64,000 nucleotides of DNA from an uncultured Clostridia bacterium (GCA_947165815.1 CAMVBZ010000001.1:3633-67632); one strand, 5' to 3'; numbered from the stretch's first letter, positions 46,159 to 56,478 are shown. Notes: a model not told the origin generated them from the sequence alone. A program made the numbers and translations.

Positions 46159-47787
46159 TTATTTGTGTTCGAATCTTGCGTTATCACAAGCTACAACATC
46201 CTTAAATGTTTCTTCGAACTTAGCAAGTGCTGCATCGATAACTTCGTCTGTATCAGCCATAGATGTGTATAAACGGCTTCCTGCTAATGTTACGATACCA
46301 TGTCTCATATAAGCTGCACCCATTTGTTCCATTGCAACTTTTCTTCTAAGCATTTCTGGCTTTGTCTTGAGCATTGGGATAACAGAACCAAGTAAGCTCA
46401 TGCTTGAGAAGTCATAACTCATAGCACCTGTACATTCAAGGTGTACGATTGAACCTTGGTTGTATACTACGAATGGGAGGTTGTACTTCTTTACAAGTTC
46501 TTTTAATCCTGCTGCAAGTCTATCTCCTGCTCTTCCTGCTTTTGCACATGCATCGTTCTTTTCAATTTCACAAATTGCTAAATATCCTGCATAAGATGAA
46601 AGTGGGTTTGCTGCAAGAGTTCCACCAACATATGCTTTCTTGCCCATACCAGCAAGTCCTGCTGCCATTAAGCTTACATATTCTCTCTTACCACCGACAC
46701 CACCTGCTGATGGATAACCACCTGCAACGATCTTTCCAAATACTGTGAGGTCTGGATACATATCTCTATTTGTTGCTGGACGTTTGAACTTAACAACTTT
46801 TCCATCTTCAAGTTTCTTGTCTTCGATAATCCATTCTTTTCCATCTACAAGAGCTTTTTCATTATTGTATGGATAACCATAGTTTTCATTGAAGAAATAT
46901 CCTGCTGCGCCATGGATACCAATTCTGAATCCTGTTACAACTTCATCAAAGATGAAGAGTGCACCGTATTTCTTTGCTAAGATACGTGCTCTGAGGTTGT
47001 ATTCCAAGTCGATTGGACGTGTTCCTGATTCTGGACCAACTGGTTCAACGATAACTGCAGCTGTGCCACCTCTCATTTTATTCTTCTTTAACATTGCTTC
47101 GAGCATTCCAAGGTCATTTGGACGAACTTCGTCTGTTGTCTTGTATGAGCCTGGGATACCATGACTTTCTAAGAATTGACGGCTTCCTGGAATTTTAAGA
47201 CCATATACCATTTGATCTGACCATCCATGATAAGCACCACCAACTTTGATGATTCTCTTCTTCTTTGTTGCACAACGTGCCACTCTGATTGCTGCCATAA
47301 CAGATTCTGTACCAGAACCAAGCATACGGAACATTTCGCAGTTTGGCATTAATTCGTTAATCTTCTTTGCGAGGAGTAATTCACCTTCATGGAAAAGACC
47401 TGTTACAGGACCACATGTGTTTAATAATTCAATAACCTTTTCTCTTACTGCTGGGAAGTTTGAACCTAAGATTGTTGGTCCACCTGCTTGAAGGAAATCA
47501 AAGTACTTGTTTCCATCTCTATCCCAAAGGTAAGCACCTTCTGCTTTTTCAATACAGATTGGGAATGGATAGTTGAATGCTAAGTTGTGTTGTACTCCAC
47601 CTGGGATGTACTTCTTAGCTTCTGTTGTGATTTCTTTAGACTTTGCACATTTTGTGTTGAAATAGTCTAAGATTTCTTTGAGAGCTTCATCTGAAACACA
47701 ATAAATTGGTTTAGATGTGAGTTCTGCGAGTTCGTCATAAATTGGTTGAGCCTTTGCCCATTTTTCAATTGCATAACCGTTTGCCAT
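46159..47787 (-). CDS. Class III aminotransferase, glutamate-1-semialdehyde aminomutase-like, with an N-terminal extension and an internal insertion
   Basis: IPGGVQHN, GSGTESVMAAIRVAR, FIFDEVVTGFR, and PDLTVFGKIVAGGYP (PLP lysine context). Confidence 0.75.
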   Translation of the reverse strand: MANGYAIEKWAKAQPIYDELAELTSKPIYCVSDEALKEILDYFNTKCAKSKEITTEAKKYIPGGVQHNLAFNYPFPICIEKAEGAYLWDRDGNKYFDFLQAGGPTILGSNFPAVREKVIELLNTCGPVTGLFHEGELLLAKKINELMPNCEMFRMLGSGTESVMAAIRVARCATKKKRIIKVGGAYHGWSDQMVYGLKIPGSRQFLESHGIPGSYKTTDEVRPNDLGMLEAMLKKNKMRGGTAAVIVEPVGPESGTRPIDLEYNLRARILAKKYGALFIFDEVVTGFRIGIHGAAGYFFNENYGYPYNNEKALVDGKEWIIEDKKLEDGKVVKFKRPATNRDMYPDLTVFGKIVAGGYPSAGGVGGKREYVSLMAAGLAGMGKKAYVGGTLAANPLSSYAGYLAICEIEKNDACAKAGRAGDRLAAGLKELVKKYNLPFVVYNQGSIVHLECTGAMSYDFSSMSLLGSVIPMLKTKPEMLRRKVAMEQMGAAYMRHGIVTLAGSRLYTSMADTDEVIDAALAKFEETFKDVVACDNARFEHK

Positions 47788-47964
47788 AATTTTTTCTCCT
47801 ATTTTTTATTTTTTTTATTAATTTCGCAATAATTATAATATAATTATATCTTTTGTGTAAAGATAAAAAGTGCGCACACACGTACAAACATTAATTAAAA
47901 ATACTTAACTAACTCCAAAAAGTTTAAAAAACCCACTATTTTCGGTCATTTTTTATATTCCCTA

Positions 47965-47993
47965 TTGAAATATTGGAAATTAGCACTTATACT
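47965..47993 (+). promoter_or_regulatory. Sigma70-like promoter of the HU gene
   Basis: TTGAAA (47965-47970), 17-nt spacer, TATACT (47988-47993). GGAGGA RBS at about 48022. Confidence 0.55.
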
Positions 47994-48036
47994 TTAAGAA
48001 CACAACAAACAAAAATCCAGCAGGAGGAAAATTTAA

Positions 48037-48309
48037 ATGAACAAAAAAGAATTAGTAACAGCAATCGCAGCTAAAGCAGATCTATCAGCAAAAGACGCAG
48101 AAGCTTTCTTAGCAGCATATGCAGATGTTATCGCAGATGCAATCAAATCAGGTGACAAAGTAGCTATTGCAGGATTCGGCACATACGAACTCAAGGCAAA
48201 AGCAGCAAGAACAGGTTTCAATCCTTTAACAAAAGAACCAGTTCAAATCCCAGCAAGCAAAGCTCCAGCTCTTAAATTCTCAAAGGCATTTAAAGACTTG
48301 TTTAACTAA
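48037..48309 (+). CDS. hup: DNA-binding protein HU
   Basis: 90 aa. MNKKELV...GDKVAIAGFGTYE...ARTGFNPLTKEPVQIPASKAPALKFSKAFKD is canonical for HU. Confidence 0.9.
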   Translation: MNKKELVTAIAAKADLSAKDAEAFLAAYADVIADAIKSGDKVAIAGFGTYELKAKAARTGFNPLTKEPVQIPASKAPALKFSKAFKDLFN

Positions 48310-48337
48310 GAGGTTTTGATTTATTTAGCAAATTAAG

Positions 48338-48366
48338 TGCAGTCTTCGGGCTGCATTTATTTTTTA
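48338..48366 (+). terminator. Rho-independent terminator after hup
   Basis: TGCAGTC-TTCG-GGCTGCA followed by TTTATTTTTT. Confidence 0.7.
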
Positions 48367-48543
48367 TACACTACTTAATATTTTGTTTATTTTTTGATAT
48401 TTTTCTGTATTCTAACCGCATAGATTTCCAATATTTAACTATTATATTTTAGACATTTTTCTGTTCAATTTTATTTGAAAACGTTATACACGTGTGCTAA
48501 AATTATACATTATTATTTTTCTAATAGTTATTCGGAGTTATAA

Positions 48544-51156
48544 GTGAGAAAAGAGAAAAACGTATCTGAATATGAAACCAAGAATATAGGTATCATCCCT
48601 TCTGCTGATGAAAAGCAAACAAAAACGAAGGAAAAGATATCTATAGAAAATGCTTTCCCTCTCACCACACCTCAAGTTAAAGCCAGAATTGCTGCTGGGC
48701 AAGTAAATGGCGAGCAAACCATTAGAACCAAATCTGTTGGACAGATTTTAAGAAGCAATATCCTAACATTCTTCAATTTTGTTTTTATAGTTCTTGCAGT
48801 ACTTTTAATTATATTCGAAAGAGATAATTTCAAGATTGGTGATTTCGGTTTCATGATTTTGGTTATTATTAACACCTTAATTGGGACAATCCAAGAGTTA
48901 AAGGCAAAGCACACCATGGACAAATTATCCTTAATATCTGCACCTAAAGTTACAGTTATTAGAGATAACCAAGAAAAAGAAATTGCTGTTTCAGATATTG
49001 TTTTGGATGATATCGTTCTTCTCTCCACCGGTTGCCAAGTTTGTGCAGATGCCGTTGTTATAGATGGAACAGTTGAAGCAAATGAAAGTGCTGTAACTGG
49101 TGAACCAGATGCCATAACAAAAACTGCTGGAGATGAAGTTATTAGTGGTAGTTACATTGTTTCTGGTCATGCCCAAGCAAAAGTTATACATATTGGTCCA
49201 GAAAACTTCGCTATGAAGATTTCTTTAGGCGCAAAATATTTCAAAAAACCAAACTCTGAAATATGGAAATCCTTAATGTTAATCATTAAGATAATGTCCA
49301 TAATAATCGTACCACTCGGAGTTGCTCTATTCTGTGTTAAATTTTTCTTACAAAATACAGGTCTAGAGGTTAACGAAACAGTTATTTCCGTAGCTGGTGC
49401 ACTTATAGGTTTAATCCCTTCAGGATTAGTTGCTCTAACTAGTGCAGTATTTGCAGTATCCGTTGTACGTATTTCAAAATATAAGACACTAGCACAAGAT
49501 ATGTACTGCGTAGAAACATTGGCACGTGTTGATGTTCTTTGTTTAGATAAAACTGGAACAATTACAGAAGGATCCATGGAAGTTCAAGGGATGCAACTTG
49601 AAAAGCATATGGATGAAACAACATTTAGAACTGCTATTAAGAACTTGCTTATAGCAACAGCCGATGACAATCCAACTGCAAATGCCGTTAGACTATATGT
49701 TTCAGACACAGACCAAACTGAGACAGCATCTCAAGTAATTGCATTCTCCTCTGCAAGAAAATGGAGTGGTGCAACTATTGGTAGTTACTCCTATGCTCTT
49801 GGTGCTCCAGAATTCTTATTCAAGAAGCAAACAAAGGCAATGCAACAAACAATTTCAGAAAATGCTGCCAAAGGCTTTAGAGTACTTGCACTTGCTAGAT
49901 CCAAAGATAAATTTAAAGGATATGACCTCCCTAAGTCTTTAGAGATAATGGGATATCTTTTCATAACAGACAAAATTAGACCAGAAGCACCAGATACACT
50001 TAGATTCTTCAAAGAAGAAGGCGTTAACATTAAGGTTATTTCAGGAGACAATCCAATTACAGTACAAGCAGTTGCTAGACGTGCAGGTCTTGAAGATTGT
50101 GAGAACATCATAGATATGTCCACTATTCAAACAGACCAAGAGCTAAAAGAAGCTGCAGAAAAATACTCTATCTTCGGAAGAGTTTTACCAGACCAAAAAT
50201 TAAAACTTGTTAAAGCACTTAAATCCCACGGACATACTGTTGCAATGACAGGTGATGGTGTTAATGACGTTTTAGCTCTTAAAGAAGCAGATTGTTCCAT
50301 AGCGATGGCTTCTGGTTCAGATGCAGCAAAGAACGTATCCTCTCTTGTATTATTAGATAGTAACTTCGCTTCTATGCCAAAGGTTGTGGCTGAAGGTAGA
50401 CGTTCTATTAATAACTTAACAAGAACTGCTTCATTATATTTAATGAAAACTATATATAGCCTACTAATTGCTATAACATTCATGATAGTACCAATTGCAC
50501 TCCCATTTGATCCAAGTAACCTCACATTTGTAGGTATGCTAACAATTGGTGTTCCATCTGTAATTCTTGCTCTAGAACCAAATAAAGAACGAGTTACTGG
50601 AAGGTTCCTACCAAAGGTACTATGCTCTGCTCTGCCGGGTTCGCTTGCAGTTATTCTAGGAGTACTTGGAATATGTATAGCAATAACATACTTCAATACC
50701 TCATTCACAGACCAACAAATCAAAGATATGTTTATCTTGCTTGTAACGGCTGTTGGATTCTTAAATCTATTACGAGTATGTTTCCCATTCAAGAGCAAAG
50801 AAGGCGTAATAAACGGAATAATGTATGGCCTACTTGTTGGAATATTTGCAATAATCTACGGAGTAGATATACCTGTTCATATTGCAAGCTTTGCAAAAAT
50901 ATTTGCTAAACTAGGAATAAACGAAAACAGCGTTATCAAATCCTTCTTTAAGATTGGTATGGTAGATTGGGAAATGGGCAAGATTGTACTAGTCTTATTT
51001 GCAGTAATAGTTCCAATTTTTGTTGGCATGATATTCGCATTTAGACTAATACTCAAAGCTGTAGAAAAGAGTTTGGATGAAAAAGAAAGAATTAAGAACG
51101 AAAATTTAATAAAAGCAGAACAACAAAAAGAACAAGAATCTGCTTCTTTAGTATAA
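48544..51156 (+). CDS. Cation-transporting P-type ATPase (HAD-IC family, Ca2+/Mg2+-like)
   Basis: Phosphorylation site LCLDKTGTITEG. TGES-like AVTGEPDA. Hinge MTGDGVNDVLALKEAD. 10 TM segments. GTG start per the ORF track. Confidence 0.85.
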   Translation: MRKEKNVSEYETKNIGIIPSADEKQTKTKEKISIENAFPLTTPQVKARIAAGQVNGEQTIRTKSVGQILRSNILTFFNFVFIVLAVLLIIFERDNFKIGDFGFMILVIINTLIGTIQELKAKHTMDKLSLISAPKVTVIRDNQEKEIAVSDIVLDDIVLLSTGCQVCADAVVIDGTVEANESAVTGEPDAITKTAGDEVISGSYIVSGHAQAKVIHIGPENFAMKISLGAKYFKKPNSEIWKSLMLIIKIMSIIIVPLGVALFCVKFFLQNTGLEVNETVISVAGALIGLIPSGLVALTSAVFAVSVVRISKYKTLAQDMYCVETLARVDVLCLDKTGTITEGSMEVQGMQLEKHMDETTFRTAIKNLLIATADDNPTANAVRLYVSDTDQTETASQVIAFSSARKWSGATIGSYSYALGAPEFLFKKQTKAMQQTISENAAKGFRVLALARSKDKFKGYDLPKSLEIMGYLFITDKIRPEAPDTLRFFKEEGVNIKVISGDNPITVQAVARRAGLEDCENIIDMSTIQTDQELKEAAEKYSIFGRVLPDQKLKLVKALKSHGHTVAMTGDGVNDVLALKEADCSIAMASGSDAAKNVSSLVLLDSNFASMPKVVAEGRRSINNLTRTASLYLMKTIYSLLIAITFMIVPIALPFDPSNLTFVGMLTIGVPSVILALEPNKERVTGRFLPKVLCSALPGSLAVILGVLGICIAITYFNTSFTDQQIKDMFILLVTAVGFLNLLRVCFPFKSKEGVINGIMYGLLVGIFAIIYGVDIPVHIASFAKIFAKLGINENSVIKSFFKIGMVDWEMGKIVLVLFAVIVPIFVGMIFAFRLILKAVEKSLDEKERIKNENLIKAEQQKEQESASLV

Positions 51157-51187
51157 CAATTTTACTTATGTAAGGGGACGAAAACAA

Positions 51188-52630
51188 ATGGCACAATTAC
51201 TATCTAAAGACAAACTTATTGAGATGGAAGAAAAAATGGTATCTATTGGTACCCGTTTCACAGGCTGTAAAGCTCATGAAGAATGGATAGACTACATCTC
51301 AGAGCAAATGACATCTCTTGGACTAGAGGTCAAGGAAGACGTTAAGACATTTAAGAGATGGGAACCAAAAGACTGGGCATTATCATTTGAAACAGCTGAT
51401 GGAGAAAAAGTAGATGTAGACAAAGAAGATGTTACTTACTACCCATACTCCGGAATAACAGATGAAGAAGGTGTAACTGGACAACTCAAGTATTGTGGTT
51501 CAAAAGGTATTAACACATTCTATACTGGGACAAAAGGTAAAATCGCTGTTATAGCAATGCCACTCTTCCAAGCAGGTTGTGGACTTTGTTTTAAGAAAAG
51601 AAAAGGCGGTGTATATCCAGACACATTCGAACCACCAAAGAAACAAAGTAGCCCTGTAGTTGCAACATTCGTAATAGCTCCACTTCTCAATATGGCTAGA
51701 AGAGCCGGAGCAAAAGCTGTTATTTGCATTATGACAGGTTGTTCAGATGAGATGGCAAGACATCAATACCTTCCATTCATTAAAAAGTATGCAGGCATCC
51801 CTGCTGTATGGGTTGGTGAAACAACAGGAAAGAAAATCATTGCTGCTGCAAAGGCACACAAGAGCGCTACAGTTAAACTTACTGGTACAGTTGAAGACAA
51901 TGCAACAACAAGAACAGTATACGCTGTATTACCTGGACAAGATACAACAAGAAGTATCCTTGTAAACACACATACAGATGGCGTAAACGCTTTTGAAGAA
52001 AATGCACCTATTGGATTAATCTCACTTGCAAAATACTTTGCAGAAAAACCAATTGAAGAAAGAAAACATACATTAGTATTCTCTTTCGTTACTGGCCACT
52101 TCCAACTTTGTCAATTCGGTAATGCAATGAACCAAGTAACTACCCTATTCTTAAATAAACATCCAGAATTCTGGGATGGCAAGGATGGACATATGCTTGC
52201 AACAGCTGGTGTAACTCTTGAACACTTAGGATGTACACAATGGGCAGACAATGAAGACCATACTCACTTTGTAAAGATTAGTGATGTCGATCCAGAATTA
52301 GTATATGCTTCTAATGACTATATGAAAGACATTTATATTGAAGCAGTACAAGGAAGAAAATACACAAAGACATTAGTGCTCCGTCCAAAGAACTTTGTAC
52401 ACTTTGGTGAAGGACAACCAATATATAAGAAAGGTATTCCTGATTTATCTTTATGTCCAGGTCCAGATTATCTTTGCAATGATGCTGAAGATGGCTATAT
52501 TGACAAGATTAATTATGACATGATGGAAGAACAAATTGAGACATTTAGAAAGGTTATAGAAAGACTAGATGGAGAATCTAGAAAGTCTATAGGAAAGAAT
52601 CAATTCTATAGTTTAGGATTTAGATTTTAA
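51188..52630 (+). CDS. Soluble protein, tentatively a PA-domain/M28-like hydrolase family member
   Basis: 480 aa. NTHTDGVNAFEENAPIG resembles the H-x-D...D/E-N metal-ligand region of M28 peptidases, but only loosely. Confidence 0.35.
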   Translation: MAQLLSKDKLIEMEEKMVSIGTRFTGCKAHEEWIDYISEQMTSLGLEVKEDVKTFKRWEPKDWALSFETADGEKVDVDKEDVTYYPYSGITDEEGVTGQLKYCGSKGINTFYTGTKGKIAVIAMPLFQAGCGLCFKKRKGGVYPDTFEPPKKQSSPVVATFVIAPLLNMARRAGAKAVICIMTGCSDEMARHQYLPFIKKYAGIPAVWVGETTGKKIIAAAKAHKSATVKLTGTVEDNATTRTVYAVLPGQDTTRSILVNTHTDGVNAFEENAPIGLISLAKYFAEKPIEERKHTLVFSFVTGHFQLCQFGNAMNQVTTLFLNKHPEFWDGKDGHMLATAGVTLEHLGCTQWADNEDHTHFVKISDVDPELVYASNDYMKDIYIEAVQGRKYTKTLVLRPKNFVHFGEGQPIYKKGIPDLSLCPGPDYLCNDAEDGYIDKINYDMMEEQIETFRKVIERLDGESRKSIGKNQFYSLGFRF

Positions 52631-52657
52631 TATTTAAAGTGCTTTTTATGTAAAAAT

Positions 52658-52697
52658 ATAGTGGAGGTATGATAATTATACTTCCACTATTTTATAT
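52658..52697. terminator. Bidirectional terminator between convergent genes
   Basis: 13-bp stem ATAGTGGAGGTAT-GATAATT-ATACTTCCACTAT, flanked by an A-run and a T-run. Confidence 0.7.
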
Positions 52698-52714
52698 ACT
52701 TAATTTAGATACAA

Positions 52715-54556
52715 TTATTTATCTTGTTCTAATGCTGCTCTTTCTCTCATTAAGAGTTTCATTCTTTCTTCACCACTAAGAATAACCTTACGGATTCTTA
52801 AGTTCTTAGGTGTTACTTCAAGAGCTTCGTCATCGTTTAAGAATTCAATACATTCCTCTAAACTTAACTTCTTTATTGGCTTTAATCTTAATGCTTCATC
52901 TGCACCAGAAGAACGCATATTTGTAACGTGCTTTTGTTTGCAAACATTAACCCTTATATCTTCATTCTTTGGATTTACACCAACAACCATTCCTTCATAA
53001 ACTTGGGTTTGTGGTCCAATGAATAATTCACCTCTATCTTGTGCATTGAATAATCCATATGTTGCAGCCTCACCTGCTTCAAATGCAACCAAGGAACCAG
53101 TAAATCTTCTTTGGATTGGTCCTTTATATTCTGCATAACCATCATTGAGTTGGTTCATAATTCCTTCACCTTTTGTTTGTGTTAAGAACTCATTCTTAAA
53201 TCCGAACAATCCACGTGCTGGTACTTTGAATTCCATACGAATTCTGCTTCCCATTGGTGTCATGCTAATTAACTCACCTTTTCTAACACCCATAAGTTCC
53301 ATAACTGCACCAGTACTTACGGAAGGAACGTCTATGTATAATCTTTCCATTGGTTCACACTTTACGCCATCTATTGTTTTATAGATAACCTTTGGTGTTC
53401 CTACTGTAAACTCATAACCTTCTCTTCTCATTGTTTCTATTAAAATAGAAAGGTGCATTTCTCCTCTACCACAAACCTTGAATGTGTTTGGAGAATCTGT
53501 GTTATATACTCTTAATGAAACGTCTTTTAGTAACTCTTTGAATAATCTATCTTTTAGATGTCTAGATGTTACGAACTTTCCTTCTCTTCCTGCCAAAGGT
53601 GAATCATTGATTGAGAAGTTCATTTCAATTGTTGGTTCTTCAATAGCAACGAATTGTACTGGTTCTAATGCCTTTGGATCACAGAGTGTATTACCTATGG
53701 TAATATTTTCAAGTCCAGAGAAACAAACTATGTCTCCAACATTAGCTTTTTCTACAGAAACTCTCTTCAAACCTTCAATTTGGAATATTGTTTGAATCTT
53801 TCCATTGTATGGCGAAATGCCTTGTGCATAGTCTGTAACTGTAACTGTTTGGTTAACTGCTACAGAACCTCTTTCAATTCTTCCAATACCAATACGTCCA
53901 ACAAAGTCATTATAGTCTATAGCACTACACAATAATTGGAGTGGACCTGTTTCATCACCTTCTGGTGGATCAATATAATCTACTATAGTATCAAATAGTG
54001 GTTGTAAATCTTTGCCAGGTTTAGATAAATCTAAAGTTGCTGTTCCTGCTCTTCCTGAACAATAAATAATTGGAGATTCAAGTTGTTCATCTGTACAATT
54101 TAAGTCCATTAATAATTCAAGAACCTCATCACCAATTTGATCTGTTCTAGCTTCTGGTTTATCTATTTTGTTTACAACAATAATAATCTTTAATCCTAAT
54201 GCTAATGCTTTTTCTACTACGAATCTTGTTTGTGGCATTGGACCTTCTACTGCGTCTACTAGCAATAATACACCACTAACCATCTTAAGAACTCTTTCTA
54301 CTTCACCAGAGAAATCCGCATGTCCTGGAGTGTCTATAATGTTAATCTTCATATCCTTGTAATGAATAGATGTATTCTTTGCAAGAATAGTGATTCCTCT
54401 TTCTCTTTCCAAATCCCCAGAGTCCATAACACAAGTTTCTACTTGTTGGTTTTCTCTAAAAGTTCCAGATTGCTTTAACATTGCATCTACCAATGTTGTC
54501 TTGCCGTGGTCTACGTGTGCAATAATAGCTACGTTTCTTAAATCTTTTCTAATCAT
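52715..54556 (-). CDS. typA: Translational GTPase TypA/BipA
   Basis: G1 AHVDHGKTT, G3 DTPGHADF, G4 NKID. 613 aa with family-typical sequence throughout. Confidence 0.9.
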   Translation of the reverse strand: MIRKDLRNVAIIAHVDHGKTTLVDAMLKQSGTFRENQQVETCVMDSGDLERERGITILAKNTSIHYKDMKINIIDTPGHADFSGEVERVLKMVSGVLLLVDAVEGPMPQTRFVVEKALALGLKIIIVVNKIDKPEARTDQIGDEVLELLMDLNCTDEQLESPIIYCSGRAGTATLDLSKPGKDLQPLFDTIVDYIDPPEGDETGPLQLLCSAIDYNDFVGRIGIGRIERGSVAVNQTVTVTDYAQGISPYNGKIQTIFQIEGLKRVSVEKANVGDIVCFSGLENITIGNTLCDPKALEPVQFVAIEEPTIEMNFSINDSPLAGREGKFVTSRHLKDRLFKELLKDVSLRVYNTDSPNTFKVCGRGEMHLSILIETMRREGYEFTVGTPKVIYKTIDGVKCEPMERLYIDVPSVSTGAVMELMGVRKGELISMTPMGSRIRMEFKVPARGLFGFKNEFLTQTKGEGIMNQLNDGYAEYKGPIQRRFTGSLVAFEAGEAATYGLFNAQDRGELFIGPQTQVYEGMVVGVNPKNEDIRVNVCKQKHVTNMRSSGADEALRLKPIKKLSLEECIEFLNDDEALEVTPKNLRIRKVILSGEERMKLLMRERAALEQDK

Positions 54557-54578
54557 AATCTATTTCCTAAATATTGAA

Positions 54579-54761
54579 TTACCAGTCTTCTCTGTGGTTA
54601 ATCTTTACATCGTCATACTTGTCAAAGTATTCTTTTTTATACTTCTCAGTTTCTTTTCTTGCCTTTTTAAGTTGTTCTTTAGCAAGTTTTTGAGCTGGAG
54701 TAAGTTGTTTGTCTTTATCCACGTCTATTACAGGTGTTAACTTTGTCTTATCTTTTCCCAT
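54579..54761 (-). CDS. Small lysine-rich protein, unknown function
   Basis: 60-aa ORF packed between yhbY and typA in the same orientation. No motif recognised. Confidence 0.4.
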   Translation of the reverse strand: MGKDKTKLTPVIDVDKDKQLTPAQKLAKEQLKKARKETEKYKKEYFDKYDDVKINHREDW

Positions 54762-54762
54762 A

Positions 54763-55053
54763 TTAGTCTAGAATGTGCTTTATATCTTTTGAACTTCTAC
54801 GATATAAAATAATCTTGCCACCAATGACACCACATACATCTGCATTTAAACTCTCTGCTATTTCTCCAGCAATCTCTTTTGCTGTGAATTCACTGTTCTT
54901 AAGTACACTAACCTTAATTAGTTCATGTGCTTCGAGTGCGTCTGAGATGTCATTTAATATTGTTTCACTTACGCCACCCTTTCCTATTGTGCTAGATGGT
55001 GTAATTATGTTTGCTTTACTTCTTAATATTGCTCTTGTTTTTGAATCTATCAT
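54763..55053 (-). CDS. yhbY: YhbY/CRM-domain RNA-binding protein (ribosome assembly)
   Basis: 96 aa. IGKGGVSETILNDISDALEAHELIKVSVL and IGGKIILYR are typical of the YhbY family. Confidence 0.75.
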   Translation of the reverse strand: MIDSKTRAILRSKANIITPSSTIGKGGVSETILNDISDALEAHELIKVSVLKNSEFTAKEIAGEIAESLNADVCGVIGGKIILYRRSSKDIKHILD

Positions 55054-55478
55054 AATTCTATTCCTTGTTCTTCTAAGTATGTTGCAAGAATATCTACTGC
55101 ATCCTTGATAAGTTCACTACAACTATGTTGAAAACCTTTGGTTTTAGCTAGTGATAATAATTCCCTACATACTATACTTTCATGTTTTTCTTTAAATCTT
55201 TTTATGAGAACCTGTTCCTCATTATATAATGCCATCTTTTGTTTTTGGTCTGAACAATCATAATTTCTTACTAAACTAAGAACCATAACCATTCCACTAA
55301 TAGTTCCACAAACCTCTTGTGATCTTCCTACGCCACCACCAAATGGTGCAGATACATTTTCTAAAACTTTTGTATCAAGTCCTGTTATGTCTTCAAATGC
55401 AAGTGCAACACTTTGCGCGCAGTTATATCCAGCACTATGTAATTGTGCAGATTTTTCTATTCTCTCTTGTTTAGTCAT
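55050..55478 (-). CDS. C_GCAxxG_C_C family protein
   Basis: GYNCAQSV, the VCGTISG motif, and the later Cys pair (VCRELL...HSCSELI). Confidence 0.6.
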   Translation of the reverse strand: MTKQERIEKSAQLHSAGYNCAQSVALAFEDITGLDTKVLENVSAPFGGGVGRSQEVCGTISGMVMVLSLVRNYDCSDQKQKMALYNEEQVLIKRFKEKHESIVCRELLSLAKTKGFQHSCSELIKDAVDILATYLEEQGIEL

Positions 55479-56478
55479 CTAAGTCAGAAGGTGAAGAGTC
55501 TATGATCTCTTCTAATTTCTCTTTTGTTGTCTTCTTTTTATTTTTTGCGTTTGCCTTTTCTTTTTGAACTTTTTCTCTGTTCTTTTTCTTTTCGTTTACG
55601 ATTTCATAATCTTCTGTTGAAGGTTTGAACTCCTTTACTCTAAATTCTGATGGAATACCATTGTTTTCTTTTGCAGTATTAACTGTAATATGGTTGTAAG
55701 CAAATGTAATTCCTTGAGAGTATAGTGCGTTATAAATCTTTTCTTGTAAGTCAAATTTTACACTCCAATATTGATCCGTATCTGTCCATGCTCTAACAGA
55801 CAAACAAACTGAACTATCTTTAAATGTAGTAAGCACAATTTGATATGGTTGTTCAATAGATACTCTTTCATCTGTTTCCAAAACAGTAGCAATAATCTTT
55901 CTTGCTTCATCTATATCAATTCCATATTCAAATCCAAGTTCAAGGTCAACTCTTCTTGTAGATGCTGTATCGCAGTTCGTTAAAGGATTGTTTACTGCGA
56001 CTGAATTTGGGACTACTACAACTTTGTTATCCCATGTAGTTAAGATTGTGTTGAAAAGATTAATCTTGTTAATTTTCCCTTCTACTCCACCAACCATGAT
56101 GTAGTCTCCTTTCTTGAATGGTTTATTAACAATAATAATAAAGCCACTCGCAACATTGCCTAAGCTGTCTTTTAATGCTAAACCTATAGCAACACCACCA
56201 GTTGCGACTACTGTTAAGATAGATGCAAGATTCAATCCCATAATTGACAATGCGGCAATAATAATGATTATGTCTAAAATTGCCATAATTAATGAAATAA
56301 TAAATGAAGCAACTGCACCATCTGTCTTACTCTTTGAGGCTATTTTTTTGCAAATAACACCAATAACCTTTACAATAATTAGTCCAACAACAAGGACGAA
56401 TAATCCTAGTAAAAAATCTATTCCGTGATCTACAAAAAACTCAGCTACCTTATTCCAAATTTCTTGAACCTGACTCAT
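55471..56478 (-). CDS. Mechanosensitive ion channel, MscS family
   Basis: TM helices followed by the MscS beta-domain sequence (SGFIIIVNKPFKKGDYIMVGGVEGKINKINLFNTILTT). I chose the start at ATG 56478 (MSQVQEI) because of the AAGGAG RBS; the longest ORF extends to 56541. Confidence 0.8.
   Translation of the reverse strand: MSQVQEIWNKVAEFFVDHGIDFLLGLFVLVVGLIIVKVIGVICKKIASKSKTDGAVASFIISLIMAILDIIIIIAALSIMGLNLASILTVVATGGVAIGLALKDSLGNVASGFIIIVNKPFKKGDYIMVGGVEGKINKINLFNTILTTWDNKVVVVPNSVAVNNPLTNCDTASTRRVDLELGFEYGIDIDEARKIIATVLETDERVSIEQPYQIVLTTFKDSSVCLSVRAWTDTDQYWSVKFDLQEKIYNALYSQGITFAYNHITVNTAKENNGIPSEFRVKEFKPSTEDYEIVNEKKKNREKVQKEKANAKNKKKTTKEKLEEIIDSSPSDLDD

Noticed and set aside
50127-50798. 223-aa minus-strand ORF inside the P-type ATPase gene
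   Set aside because: It is antisense to a gene with unambiguous P-type ATPase motifs (DKTGT, GDGVND), and its composition is typical of a shadow frame.
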